Positions 13,353-27,410 of a stretch of 64,000 nt of DNA are shown here, piece by piece. Numbering within the stretch: the stretch's first letter is position 1; every line of letters starts with the position of its first letter. Source of the DNA: Octopus vulgaris (Eukaryota); assembly GCA_951406725.2 (NCBI GenBank), contig OX597815.1:132370001-132434000 (forward strand), given 5' to 3'. The translations under genes were made by a program, and so were the position numbers. Under the pieces are notes generated by a model that was not told the DNA's origin, ran no database searches, and saw nothing but the letters and a program-made list of their open reading frames with translations.

Positions 13353-13582
13353 TTACTTTCATAGATTTACGGCCAGTATTGGCCTAGACAATGTCTAACT
13401 TATATATATATATATAAATATGCATATATATGTATATATCTATATATTTATAGTATATATAATTATATATATCTCATATATATCTATATATATGAGAAAT
13501 AGTCACTCTTCAGGTTAAAGATAAACAATAAAATAATTAATTAGATAAATTAATAAATATACGTAAATAATCTTGTAAAATA

Positions 13583-13636
<54 letters not shown>

Positions 13637-14410
13637 AAATATACACTGAGTGGATACTAAATACTAATTTAATCTGTATACATTACATTAAATTATTAAT
13701 TAATTTATTTATTTAATAAACATCTAAATATAATCGTATATATATACATATATATATCATGCAGACATATATATGTATGCATATGTTCATTCTATGTAAG
13801 TATGTGCGGACGTATGCAATGTAAATAGCTTTTCCATGTATGTCAGACCTCAGGCGCAGGTATTATCTCGTAAATATTTGATGTCCTGATAATGTGGTAT
13901 AGTAGAGCCAATATATTTTTTACAACCGTAGATATTTAATGGTATCTTTGTTCCCATTCTTTATCAGGTATCTTGTAGCTATCTCTTGTTCCTGGATAGC
14001 AAAGGCATATCCTTCTAAGTGAGATTTAATGTATATACCTCAGGTCTAGGTTCCTGTCAATGCTGTTCGTGCCCTCTAGCTGGAAATAAAGTATGTCACT
14101 GAAAGGAAACAGTCATTTGATATATACCGAAAAAATGACGGCGCCTACACACAAACACACACTCACGGCACATGTAAATATATGTGTGTGTATGTGTGTG
14201 TGCGTGTGTGTGTGTGTGTGCGTATGTGTGTGTGGTGGGGTGCATCTTTTTGAGTCTAACAGCTTAAAGATCGATATGGGTTTGTTTACGTCTCTGAAAA
14301 TTAGATGTTCGGCACAATTCATACACTTCAGTTCAGTGACCTAGCGTAGCTGCAATCTAATGTCTGACAAAAGAAGTAAATAAATATATATATATATATA
14401 TATATATATT

Positions 14411-14446
<36 letters not shown>

Positions 14447-14478
14447 TTTATTTTAAGCAGCAGAAAATTCAACAAAAT

Positions 14479-14516
14479 CTGTTACTCTGAGTTTCTCGTT
14501 GCCGTTCATCAGACAG
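14479..14516 (-). ncRNA. Minimal hammerhead ribozyme, intact core
   Basis: Minus strand: ctgt CTGATGA a cg-gcaa-cg a GAAA ctc-a-gag TA acag. GUA cleavage triplet, GNRA loop II. Confidence 0.8.
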
Positions 14517-15299
14517 TTTTTGCTAGAATGGAACTTATATATTAATTCAATCTATACTCTTACAAACGCTACACCTTTAAAAAGAAATGGACTTGTTTGA
14601 TTGGCCCTTTAGAAAAAACGGTCAATCTTCGAGCGATAAACAAAAAGGTCAAAAATATATGTATATATATATATAAAAAAACTTATAAAAATTATAAAAT
14701 CCGAGGAAAAAACCGAGGAAAAAACCTATTGCCGTTAATGAAGACAGTACAAATTAATGCATAGAAATTAAACCTGTTATAAATACTGCAATACATATTT
14801 ATATTAAAATCTACATATATATATCAACATACACAAAAGGATGCGCGTAAACGCCATACATACATATACAGACGTATGAATATGAATCTAAATATACACA
14901 TAAAAGCATGTGTACATATATTCACGCAAACCGTCTCGCACGCAAGCTAAAATTCATCTATGTAGCAATTCTCATATACTGAGCAAGGAGGGGGAACGAG
15001 AGAAAGGGAAAGAGAGAAAAAGGAACGAAGGAGGGGTGGGGGAAAAACTTGTAACGATGTTATTGGCATCTATAGAGGCCAGTATACATACACAAGTTTG
15101 AATTGATACATATACATACCGTCGTGTATATGTGTGCTTAAGCACAAGCATACTTTCACTTACACATACACAGATACGCATGCTTACAAATACATATGCT
15201 TTGCTATACACATACATATATAAACATTCTAATTTTGACAACATTGCTTTTTTTTAAAAAAACATTGCTTTTAAAAAATGGGTGCATTAATAAAAATAT

Positions 15300-15975
15300 A
15301 TACGAAAGACATAAAATAAAAATAAAATAAAATATAACATCCTATTTTGGGTCATTTATAAATAATCAAGGTAATATAAATAATCAAGGTAATCCTATGC
15401 AATACAATAACATGAAAACAAAGTTTGTAGGTTTTTCCTAATATATATGTAGAAACATAAGACTTTGCTATAAATCCGTCGTAGCGCTCAAGAGTCAAAA
15501 TCAAAATCAAAAATCAAAAATACAAAATACATACTCTATCCATATGGTATATTTATATTCGACATTTTAAATTTAGCCGCGTGCCTACATAAGTTCATTA
15601 ACTCACTTCTTTGATTCAAAGAATTATTGTCTTTGAATAAGATGTGCATTTTCTCTAATAGGCAAAGTCTGCACTTGAAATTATATTTGTAAGCTCCATG
15701 CCTGTATGGTGCCGCCCTGTCCAGAATGCTCCATGTCACGTTGAAAGGTGGGGCTTCCTTTTCTTTTAGTTCCCAGACATATTTTGCTAGGCTGGTTTTC
15801 TTCCTATTCTCTGGGTATTTAAAAGAATTCTTATGAGAATAAAATCTTGTTTTAAATGAATTTTCTGAAGCCCCTGTGTATGTCTTGTATTCCGATGAGC
15901 CTTCCACTTGCACCTTGGCTCTATAAACTACTCCTTTCACTAGACATTTCCCTTCTAACGGACAGGAGCTTTTAG
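15300..15975 (-). mobile_element. Penelope-like element 3' fragment with GIY-YIG endonuclease ORF piece (15536-15975)
   Basis: CPLEGKCL..GVVYRAKV...YTGASENSFKTRFYSHKNSF...CRLCLLEK...LNQRSELMNLCRH. Truncated at (GATA)n. The hammerhead at 14479 may belong to its 3' UTR. Confidence 0.88.
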
Positions 15976-16011
15976 ATATATAGATATATAGATATAAATA
16001 TAGATAGGTAG

Positions 16012-16120
<109 letters not shown>

Positions 16121-16144
16121 TAGATAGACAGATAGGAAGATAAG

Positions 16145-16507
<363 letters not shown>

Positions 16508-16652
16508 GAAGATAGATAGACGGACAGACAGGTAGATACATACATACATAAATACATACATACGTACATACATTATTACATACACATATTGTCCATATAC
16601 GGGTCTATTTGAACACATCGTAAGACATTATATAGATATGTATATATATGTA

Positions 16653-16691
<39 letters not shown>

Positions 16692-16726
16692 GTAAATGTA
16701 ATATGTGACAATTATTCGGTAGCCAT

Positions 16727-16787
16727 GATAAAACTCCGAGTTTCGGATGTCGAGGTGGAAATCCAGGCCGCTATCTCTTCAGTTATC
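16727..16787 (-). ncRNA. Hammerhead ribozyme motif with extended stem II, in a short non-coding repeat (16689-16865)
   Basis: Minus strand: gataa CTGAAGA gat...tggatttcca...atcc GAAA ctc-g-gag TT ttatc. Confidence 0.78.
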
Positions 16788-16864
16788 CGGGGGGTTTCTT
16801 CAGATCTGATACATTTGAATAGGGGCTAGCAAAAGCATTACTCTCTAAGATGAACAAAACAAGA

Positions 16865-17697
16865 AAGTCCATGGGATTGGCGTCTGGACTCAAGGGATGC
16901 CATTTCGTCTTATCCAAAAAACCACCGATGTGCCATTTGAACTACCTCTGTCTCAAACCGGATGTGTGGGCCGGAGCTCCGACTTGAATGAAGATGTAAT
17001 GGTAACCAATGTTTTCTGTGACCCAGGGTATTACGTTCTGATCCAAAATTTCCACATAAATTTCACTGTTGATCTTGACGCCAGCATCGATGAAGATGAA
17101 GGGAGCCTTGAACCCATCGGATGCAACTGCAGCCTACACCATTGGTGAAGATAGTAACTGACGGCGTAAATGACTCCTGCTACCTCCGAGCAAATCTGCA
17201 TTACGTGCATAAAGCGCGTCAACTGCCTCCACGGTGAAGATCCCATAGGACCAGATGAACACTTCGTTAGCGGCGTACTTCATCTCAGCTAATTTGGTTG
17301 TACCACTGTCGAACTCTTTCTGTTTGGAAGCTGCTGAAATTAGCTGCCGGGATCATTTTTTGTATGCAGTTAGTTTTAAATCCTCTTCAAAAATCTTCTG
17401 AATTGTCGATTTCGAAATATCAGGACATTTTGTAGTTTTAATTGCACTCACAGCTTCCACAATTTGTTTGGTACGAATTGTTTCCTACTAGGAATTGGCT
17501 TGCTAGATGTAATAGGGGTCTCCATATGTCGTTTCCAGCTAATGAATACTGTTTTACGGCACACGTTCAACTGTTTTGTTATATCCTTCTTGCTCACTAC
17601 AGCAAATCTTTATGTAAAGTGTAGATAATACTACCGGAACTGATATTCTTTAGAAATAGTTTTAAATATGGGTAAATCTTTCGGGTATATACTGTAT
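16865..17697 (-). mobile_element. Tc1/mariner (DD37D, maT-like) transposase remnant
   Basis: Minus-strand translation YIFIQ(V)GAPAHTS...WHPLSPDANPMDF with 37 residues between the catalytic positions. End TA-CAGT at ~17697. Confidence 0.75.
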
Positions 17698-17715
17698 ATA
17701 TATATATATATATCC

Positions 17716-17767
<52 letters not shown>

Positions 17768-17769
<2 letters not shown>

Positions 17770-17912
17770 TCATCATCATTTAGCGTCCGTTCTCCATGCT
17801 AGCATGGGTTGGACGGTTCAACTGGGGTCTGTGAAGCTGGAAGGCTTCATCAGGCCCAGTCAGATCTGGCAGTGTTTCTACGGCTGGATGCCTTTCCTAA
17901 CGCCAACCACTC
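17768..17912 (-). mobile_element. Retroposon 3' end with (GAT)n tail
   Basis: (cat)n followed by GC-richer sequence ending ..ggatgcctttcctaacgccaacc, resembling RTE-type tails. Confidence 0.5.
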
Positions 17913-17914
17913 AA

Positions 17915-19132
17915 CGTTTCGCCCCTTAATAAAGCCGTGGCTATGCATTTATATCTTTACAACAGCACACCCGAGTGTATACCGAGTGATACTAGACTTT
18001 GTGTCTCCCATACTTGCTCTAATGCATCTCATCTATAGACATTTTTATTTATATAATTTATTAGTAAAATCTTCCTTTACTAACTAGAGATCCAAAAATT
18101 AACGACATTCTGAAAACGCACAAACTCATCAAAGGCAAAAAGCAACACACATCGCTGAAGAGACTACTAAAAAATCTGAAGCTTTACAAACAACCACGAA
18201 ACCAACGGTTAAAAAATGTGGACGCCCAAACTGTGGAACCTGTCCCAAGTTACTTGAAAGCTCGGATTTCCTTTTCAAACATGGACAGAAAATCACAATT
18301 AAAACTAGTTTCACTTGTGCCTCTGAGAACCTAATTTATGTAATAACCTATATTGGACAGACGAGTATGGTCTTGAGAAGGAGAACGACTCTACATAAAG
18401 AGCAAATCCGTTTCCCGCAATACAGGCAAATTCGTCTCAGTGAACATGTGCAGATAACATCAAACCAAATTTCACAGTCTTCCCCTTCTACCAGTGCAAA
18501 GACACGATTTCTCCACAAGAACGTTTTAATAAAGACATTTTTTCATTGAAAAATACAGAACACGTCTTAATATGCACGCATAACCAACTTCCATCTTTTT
18601 TACGATTCCCGATTACATCACTGTACATAAAACCCCTCACTAAACAAGTTTTTCGAAAACATTTTGTTTGTGTACATATATATTCCCCTCCCCTTGCTGA
18701 AAGCTGAACAGTTATCTCCCTTGCCCACAACAACAATAATGACGTTAACCAATTATCTCCCCTTATTTTTCTACTTTTGAAGTCATTCACTCGTAAATAT
18801 CCTCACACACAACATGGACAAAAATTTCTTCTTAAGAAAATACATATTCAAATAAGCAAACCTTAATATCATGAATAGCGAAAGCAAAACAGGTCGATAT
18901 ATTAAAAAGTTATATTAAAAGTGTGTGTATTTTCCTTTTTTAATTTCTTACATATATATATAAACATTGTAGAAGAATACTGAGAGGTAGTTTCAGACAT
19001 ACAAATAAAGAAGCATATAGATGTATTAGAGCAAGTATGAGGGACAAAAAGTCTAGTATTACTCGGTATACACGCGAGTGTGCTGTTGTAAAGAGATAAA
19101 TGCATAGCTACGGCTTTATTAAGGAGCGAAAC
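17915..19132 (+). mobile_element. Penelope-like GIY-YIG 3' fragment bounded by ~115-bp inverted repeats
   Basis: KKCGRPNCGTCP..FTCASENLIYVI.YIGQT at 18210-18365. 17915-18030 is the reverse complement of 19020-19132. Confidence 0.85.
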
Positions 19133-19599
19133 GGGGAGGAACAAATATCAGATCGGTACATGTAAACAGTGCTGTTATGACTAAATACGGTCTTGTCATT
19201 AAACAGATTCAAGTATTTGTGTTGCGTTTATCAGCTTTGCAGAGCCAAGACGTCTTGGTTTTATTTGTTTTGGTACTTTTATAATGGGTAGATTGATGTT
19301 TAATGCATTTGCTATATAAAACCCTCTGATTTAGGAAGTAACGATGTGGCTACTAAAACAGATTAGTTTCATTGGAGAATATAGACGCTGGTTCTAAACT
19401 TTGAACGTTTGTGATAATCCGTGTGGCGTACTGTGGTCTTTTATTATAATTTTTATGATCCAAATATGGCTAGATAACTATAATTTCGACCGTTTGATGA
19501 TGTAGCTGACTACATTCTGAAGCTAGCTCCGAGTAAGTTTAAATTCGATGAGGAGAAATCGCTGAATTTAGGTCCGCAAAAAAAAATATGTATCTTTTT

Positions 19600-20520
19600 C
19601 TTTGTACAGGCAAGTATTGCTAAGAGGCAAGTTTGAGGATTTCTTTATAAATTGTTTGCCTTAAAGTAGTTTTATTTTCCATTTTTTTCTGATTAATGTT
19701 CTTGATGGTAGACTGAAATCTGAGTTAACAAATTTCGAAAATAGAATATTGAAGCCATAATGCTATATGCATGCTATGGGTAATATTTTCTGATTAAGAA
19801 CTTGGTGACAGGATTACTTTGAGATTGAAAGTAGGTGCAGTAACATATTGCTTTTGTGTTCTTAATTTTAAGTCTGTATTAGTTAAACTATATTGTATGG
19901 TTTATTTAAAATAGTTGAACTGTCAGGCGTTGGCAGATTGGTGTGAGCGTTATTGTTGAAGCAACCTTCGTTGTGCGTTTGTATAAAAATCTGAGAATGA
20001 CATAATTACTTTGGTTGTGACGGGTGAATGGGCAGATAAATCGGTTATGTATTCATGCGTCACATACATTCGTGTAGAGAAGATTTATGAATTGTGGAGA
20101 TTCCAAATAAAATCCATGAAATGTTTAGAGATTGACGTTTATGGCAGAATCGAAGTGGAATTCTTTAATGAAATACGTGATGCCTTTCGTTAAATTTAGT
20201 TTTAAGGTTCAAGTTTCTAAGAATTTGCAGGCCACCGTCCCTGTAAATGCTTCTGTAATTTTAAGGGAATTTAAATTGGAATAGAAAATATAGACTAACG
20301 TACCTCTGTGCGGTAGAAAGCGCCATGCTAATTCATAAATATTATTTGATATGTTGCTGGTGAATTGCGTTAGGAATTTATTACAGTTTTCCTGTTTCTA
20401 CTAAAATTCATTTTTTGTGTTATGCAGGAAGAGATGAAAAGTGATTATTATTTACCATGCTGTGGTCTTATCCATAGTCTTTAACATACACTTCTTAACA
20501 TCGTAAATTTCTTTAATATA
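19600..20520 (-). mobile_element. Highly decayed Penelope-like RT remnant
   Basis: Minus-strand remnants SIYRDGGL (cf. GLYRDDGL) at ~20230-20255 and WFNI.FS at ~19735-19760. Confidence 0.5.
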
Positions 20521-21664
20521 TAAAAAAAATCTCTATACCTCAATAAGGATATATATTAATGCTTGTAAATTTCTTAAAACAACAGTGAACGTACGACACA
20601 AAGAGTTGAAAACAGACTGCTTCTTCAATTTACCAATTTCACAGCACCTGGAGAAATTAATATATATTCTAAACATAGTCCTGTGACAAAAGATTGTACA
20701 TTGTTTAAGATTCTTCCTTTCTCAAGCTCATTAACGATTTTAACTAAAATAATTAACTAACTAAAATGGATTCATTTAAAATACGTCCAGACAAATTGTA
20801 AAAAGAACCGCGAGCAATTTCCTCTATTCTACCAAATACTAAAAACAACGGCTAAATTTATTTGCGACAGTTACATCAATAATTGCAAATTATTGACATA
20901 GCGATAAAAATTCCATAATAATTTTAACTAAATATAGAATGATATTTCTTGCTGCACAATATAGCACCGTGCTTTAATTTCACCATTATTTGGGTGTTCA
21001 TAATTACACGGCCATTTCATAACGTAAATCTATATTTGATTCCTGGTTATTGAAGATTTCTGTCGCAAACATGGATGGCACCGTAAGGAAACATTAATGA
21101 CTTCTTTTTAAAATGCACGAATGTATGCAGAGCAAATTTTTGTGCATAAGATATTAGAGAAAACGCGGTTTATGCTTGTTTTAAAGTCATTTAAAAACTT
21201 TTTCTTTATCTGCTTAAAGTTAGTGAACATTTTTAATCGGAAAGTTAAGCGACTTGTGCGCACATTCATCAATGATGCTTGTCTAACTATTAATTTTAAT
21301 TAACTGTAACTGATAAATCTTGGCTGTCTATATTAAAGTTTAATTACATATTGGCGCAATCCCACACACATCAGAAACAAAATCAAAATTGTCCATTTTT
21401 AAGAGCTACTACTTAGGTGAGATTCTAGAAGCTACCACGCCATCTAATTTCCATTTCTCGGACAGGAAACAGACATTTGTAAAATGGTGATGAGATATTG
21501 TTTGGTGTCATGCAAAAATTCTTTTGATATCTGCTGTTTCGCTATTAGTTCTCTTCTAACGTGTGTTTAAATATGTTTATTATCAACGACCGTTTGAGTA
21601 TTCTATACTTTTTCACCCTATATCCAGGTGGCGCTGCATAACTTAGATGTTTGGGCATTATTCT

Positions 21665-21960
21665 TCTCTTTTATTCTTTTATTTGTTTGTCATTTGACTG
21701 CGGCCATGCTGGAGCATCGCCTTTGGTCGAACAAATCGACCCCATGACTTATTCTTTGTAAGCCCAATACTTGTTCTGTCGCTCACTTATATATATACGA
21801 CGGGCTTCTTTCAGCTTCCGTCTACCAAATCGACTCAAAAGGCTTTGGTCGGCCTGAGGCTATAGTAGAATGCGTTTGCCCAAAGTGCCACGCAGTGGGA
21901 CTGAACCCAGTACCATGTGGTTTCTTAGCAAGATACTTACCACACAGCCACCCTACGCCT
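21665..21960 (-). mobile_element. SINE family A, internally deleted
   Basis: Head and tail align to 4661-5061; ~80 bp of the middle is missing. Confidence 0.85.
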
Positions 21961-23259
21961 ATATATGTTCATAATCTCGAACAAAATACTTCGTTTCATG
22001 TTAATCTTATCCACCCTGTTGTAACAGGCATCCATTCTGCAGGAGCTACCAACATAGGACCAGTAATTTTTAAAGGTGATTATTCCTTACTATCGACTTC
22101 AGAACTTGAATGATAACTTTATTTTGTCAACCTCGAAAGGATGAAATAGTAAAACTGACCTCGGGCTGAATTGAGTTCAGAATGCACAGTAATGGAATTT
22201 TGGTTCGAGGGCAAAACGATTCTATTATTTCCAATACTTCGTTAATTACTATATTTTATCAGCCCCGTAGGGTGGCGATTAAAAGGTAAAGTTGAACTCT
22301 GTAATGTTTGAACTTCGAACATAAGGAGCCAAACTAAAAAATGTAGTATCTCTTTTCCGAATGCACCCACCACCCGAACATGATTACCAAAACCCAACTT
22401 CAATTTTTAAATTTTCTGAGGAATTTCTCAAAATAAACAGTTTGTATATTTTATGTGTTCGATTCGAAAGAAGAAATACTAAAAGAAATCAAATGGCAGG
22501 CTATGGATAAGCCAATTATGTTTTCAATACTTGCTGTTACAAAGAAAAATATCGCTCAACAGTGATCGAGTGGTAATGAGATAATGAAAGAGATTGGAAT
22601 ACATCTAAAAGTAAGCCGAATCTGTTTCTAGATCGTAAAAGCATCAGCGTCAGGCAATTGACCGGTGTTTCACACTGGAAAAATATTCGCTAATATGACA
22701 TGAACTAAACCATGAACAACTAATAGATAGATCAAATTTTCTACCTCCTATTCAATACAAAACTACATTGGATCTGAAAAAGATGAATGTCAAAATCTCT
22801 TTGGGAGTGATGCTTATAATAGTGATAATAATGATAATGACTTTAATAGGGATAGACATTGCTGTTACCGATAGGCATAACAGTAAAAATGTCGATAATG
22901 TCGACAATAGTAATGTCACCATAGGTTATTAGTAAAAGCAAATCTAGACCCTGCTGCTGCTGCTGGGAATTTGGCAATACTCCATAGCAGCTGAAAAGGG
23001 TAATCCAACAAAACCTGTCTCAGCAGTTTACTAAAATATTTACAACTAACCGCTGAGTTTCCCATTAAATTTAGGCATACATTTAAGAGACCCTTTCTTA
23101 CAAGCCAACACAGATTAATGGGTTATTTCAGTGTTATAAAGGGAGATAGATCAAAACATTATGATAAGCAAATCCATTATCCAGTTAAGCAATTTCCTAT
23201 ATGCTTACATACTCATCATAATAAACCGCTTGAGATTAAATAAACATTATATTGTTACA

Positions 23260-23501
23260 AAAGGCAGGAGTTGCCGACATAGAATAGATAACCAGGAAAG
23301 CACATAAATGCAGAGAATGGATCTTCTACGTAGCGAATCAAGTATAATATATATATATATATATATATATATGAGTTAATTTATCTATCATTGTTATATA
23401 CAGTCACCTGAGGTATTTTACTTGATTCGCTACGTAGAAGATCCATTCTCTGCATTTATGTGCTTTCTTGATTATCTATTCTATGTCGGCAAATCCTGCC
23501 T

Positions 23502-23503
<2 letters not shown>
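23260..23503. repeat. Inverted repeat, ~85-bp arms (23260-23344 / 23419-23503)
   Basis: Near-perfect reverse complements with a (TA)n tract in the spacer and another after the right arm. Confidence 0.9.
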
Positions 23504-23540
<37 letters not shown>

Positions 23541-23543
23541 TAA

Positions 23544-24095
23544 ATAAAATGTTTTGGGAAAATAATTTTTTTCGAAAAAATTTTATCCTACATTAGATAT
23601 AAATTTAAGCGTTCACTTCCGGACTCTTTAACTCTGTGAGAGCATTAGTTCAAATCGCACGTGTCTCGAATGGGCTAGAGTATTTCTATTTTGGATGTAT
23701 TTGGGGTACTTAATTGTGCTCAAGACTTAGTGTTTGCTTCTTCCATGGGTATGAGTAAGTATCTCATTTATTTCTTTTGCCACATGTATCACTGACGAAG
23801 GGAGGGCTGTTATAAGCTAACCCTGAAATCGGTCCGATATGGTAATTATGGAATTTTTAAGAAATTTCTGTCCAGCGTTTTTCGGGTAGCGTGCGTATTG
23901 TGAAAAATTATATGGTTAATGGACAATATGTCCAATTTTTCGGCATATTTGGCATTAGAAATTATTTCGTTTGCCCTTATTTATGAATTGTTTATAATTT
24001 TAACCTTTAAAGGTATTTTTTAATATGCTGGCCATTGATAAAATTTTTGGGGAAAAGAATTTTTTTCGAAAAAATTTTATCCTACATTAGATATA
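23544..24095 (+). mobile_element. ~550-bp non-coding hammerhead element with 58-bp terminal direct repeat
   Basis: 23544-23601 is repeated at 24038-24095. Central hammerhead; (TA)n on both sides. Confidence 0.8.
23786..23842 (+). ncRNA. Minimal hammerhead ribozyme motif, GUC triplet
   Basis: tatca CTGACGA aggg..gct-gttata-agc..ccct GAAA tcgg TC cgata. Confidence 0.75.
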
Positions 24096-24119
24096 TATAT
24101 ATATATATATATATACCAT

Positions 24120-27100
24120 CAGATGATTAAATCCAGTAGAAACAATTAACAAACTAAACTACAAGAACTCAAATACATAAAACAAGAATATTTACGTCGT
24201 TATAGTTGTAAACTCTAAAGAACGCATTCAGGAAAATAAACTGTATATTAAAACGCATGTTTTGGTCATCCATTCTCGAAAAGTCTATAGCAAGGTACAG
24301 ACTAACATAAAAACCCAAGATAGACAACAATGAAACATTAGAAACATTTTGGAAAGTCATTTTTCAAATGAAGTACGATTAGCCTTTATTAGGTGGGAAC
24401 GCAGTATACATGCTTTTACACGACCACTATGACTGGTGGTAAGGAGAGAGATATCCTTGAACCGGAAACCTATAATGAAATGACTAAGAGACTTAGTACT
24501 AATAAATCTCTCCCGTTTTTAAAACACAACAATCCTAAAAGTAGACGAAAATATCATGACAGATGGTGCAACAACCGGGCAGATCTCTTCAGACATAACG
24601 GGATGACTGAGAGACAAGGTAGCAATGACTCACTCCATTTTTTACGGAACAAGATCTCCGAACAAAAACGAAAGCAAACAGTAATGATACAAAAAGCCAA
24701 GAAAATATTGGACCAACTGACCCCAACATAATCAACTTCTCACAACAGAATCTTATGGAAGGTGGAATAAAAATTCTACAATACGATTTAAAATTCACAC
24801 CCACTCCTAAATCGAACACAGCACAACATAAAAGATACCGAGGAATTTTGCAGAATAATTTCACCTACAGGACTTCTTTCGAAACAATCACAACGATGAT
24901 CCATCGCTTGGCAGAACGAAACAGTTTTATACCTCCGACAATCAGAAACAAACACTTGGAGGAATATGTGTGCCTGAAAAGGTCTGCTAACTCATACATT
25001 CCAGCAAACCCTGTAAAAAAGAATATTACAGATGAGAAACAAAAAAACATTATAAGAAGGCTAATTTATAGTCATTAAAGCTGACAAAGGAAGAACTATT
25101 GTAATAATGGACAAGGCCCATTACAGGGAAATGGTCTTAGAACAACTCAATGACCAGCAATTCAACAGAAAACTAGATAGCAATGCTGATAAACGATCTA
25201 TGAGAAAAACTGGCAAATTTACCAACAAATTCAAGAATGACTTAACAAAAGAGAAGTTGGATTACTTCACCAATTTTGAAGAGAAAACAAACAAGTTTTA
25301 CAGACTTTCTAAAATTCATAAATCCAGACAGATCATCAAAAGCTTAAAAGACGTCCATACTCCATATAGAAAGAATTCTAAACTAACTAATCTCAAATTG
25401 CGTCCGATTTTTGCAAAACCAGCATTCAGCATACAAAGATTAACTAACTTGTTGGATATAATTTTAAAACCTTTATGTCGATTAGTTCCTAATTTCGTCA
25501 TAGATGTCATGGACTTCTTAAACTATGTCCCAGAACGGGTAGATAAAGAGGTAGTACTAGTTAGCTTTGACGTATCTAGTCTACACAAATATTCCCCATA
25601 TATATGGACTAGACGCAGTAGAATTCTGGATAAACAAGCACCCAAAAAGAATTCAGGAGAGATTCTCAAAAGAAGTTATACTTGAAGGTTTTCAGATAGT
25701 ACTGGAAAATGACTACTTCTTTGATAATCAATATTATCTACAAATACGAGGCACTGCGATGAGGACGAAAGTCGTACCAATATTTGCCACACTAATTATG
25801 GGATTCCTAGGGGAAATAATCTACACCCTATCCAGAACTACTTTTGACCACCACTTCCAAACCTATCTCATAGGAAACTGGAAAATATTCTTAGATGACT
25901 GCTTTAAATTCTGGAACCGAAATAAAGAGGACCTTAATTTTTTTTTTTAATTTAATAAATAGCATTCAGGTCTCAATACAATTCAATATGGAAATGAATG
26001 AAAAGAAACTCCCCTTTCTAGACATCCTGATAATTAAAGTGAATGAAGCAATTACAACTGACCTCTACTACTAGAACACAGACACGTACCAATATTTAGA
26101 TTTTAGTTCTTGCCACTCTTCCCATAGAAAAAGGAACATACCACTTAATATGACAAGGTGCATATACTCAATAGTCACGAGAGAAACGACTGGCGGAACT
26201 TAATATATTCCTTCAGAAACAAAACTATCTCAACAAAAACAAAGGACATCCCGATTTCTACCTTACGGAGAAACACTCAGGCTAGATGTGAAAATAAAAA
26301 TACAAATACAAATGCTCCGCTTATAGTCACCCACAGTCCTAGAAATCACAACATCCAACATTCAGCCTAATGATACCTCTCAATTCTACATCAATCACCA
26401 AATCCCCAACGAATAATTAAAACATCACAAATTATCAAAAATCGAAGACAACCTCTTAACATCAAGAGACTCCTAACAAAGGCGAAGTTAACATTTGAAA
26501 AAGAAACGATGCATGTAACCAAATGTGGAAACCCCCGTTGTGGCACATGCGAATTAATTGAGCAAGGGACAACCAAAAGACTCAAGAATGGGAAGGAATT
26601 AAAAGTGAATGCAAACATGAATTGCAGACTACTGCATCACATGCCCACAGTGCAATGAAAACTACATTGGGGAGAAAGGAGGGAAGCTGAGCAGACGTGT
26701 AAATGAGCATAGAATTAGGGTTTTATCTCTTAGGAATGTCTCATGCAGTGAACATCTATATATCTGTCCAAATGGAAAATTTTAAATATTACCATTTCAC
26801 AAAATAAACTTTGAAAACTATGAAAGGTAAAAGAAGACTACTTTATAAGAATTCTAAGCCCGAAATTAAACTGAAAATAGCCAACGCTCCATATAATAAA
26901 CAAAGGCAAAAGAATATTTATGGCCAAAACCGAAAGTCTAAAAATTAACCGGAAATAATACTACCACTATCACAAAAATAACAACTGCCTCTTTAAGAGC
27001 ACGTGTGTTGAAAAGGTTTAACGAAAGCGTTTACAAACTAGACAAAACCTTCTCAAAAAAGATTAGCAACATCCTCATAACATTTGTTGTCTCATAATTT

Positions 27101-27170
27101 TTTAAAAAATATCACCTCTACACTTAACACAAAAACTGTATTAAGCAATCCTCATAGACTTTCAAAAAAA
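24120..27170 (+). mobile_element. Near full-length decayed Penelope-like element (Neptune-type RT + GIY-YIG)
   Basis: IKADKG, FYRLSKIHK, LRPI, LVSFDVSSL/YTNIPH, GTAMRTK..P, WKIFLDDCF, LPFLD, KCGNPRCGTC and YIGE motifs in order across frameshifted ORFs. Confidence 0.9.
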
Positions 27171-27216
27171 AGTATATATATATATTCACACGCATACATA
27201 CACACACACATATATA

Positions 27217-27270
<54 letters not shown>

Positions 27271-27361
27271 TATATACGTACATATACATATACATATATG
27301 TATAAATATATATATAAATATATAAATACATATATATATACATATATAAATATGCATATAC

Positions 27362-27410
<49 letters not shown>

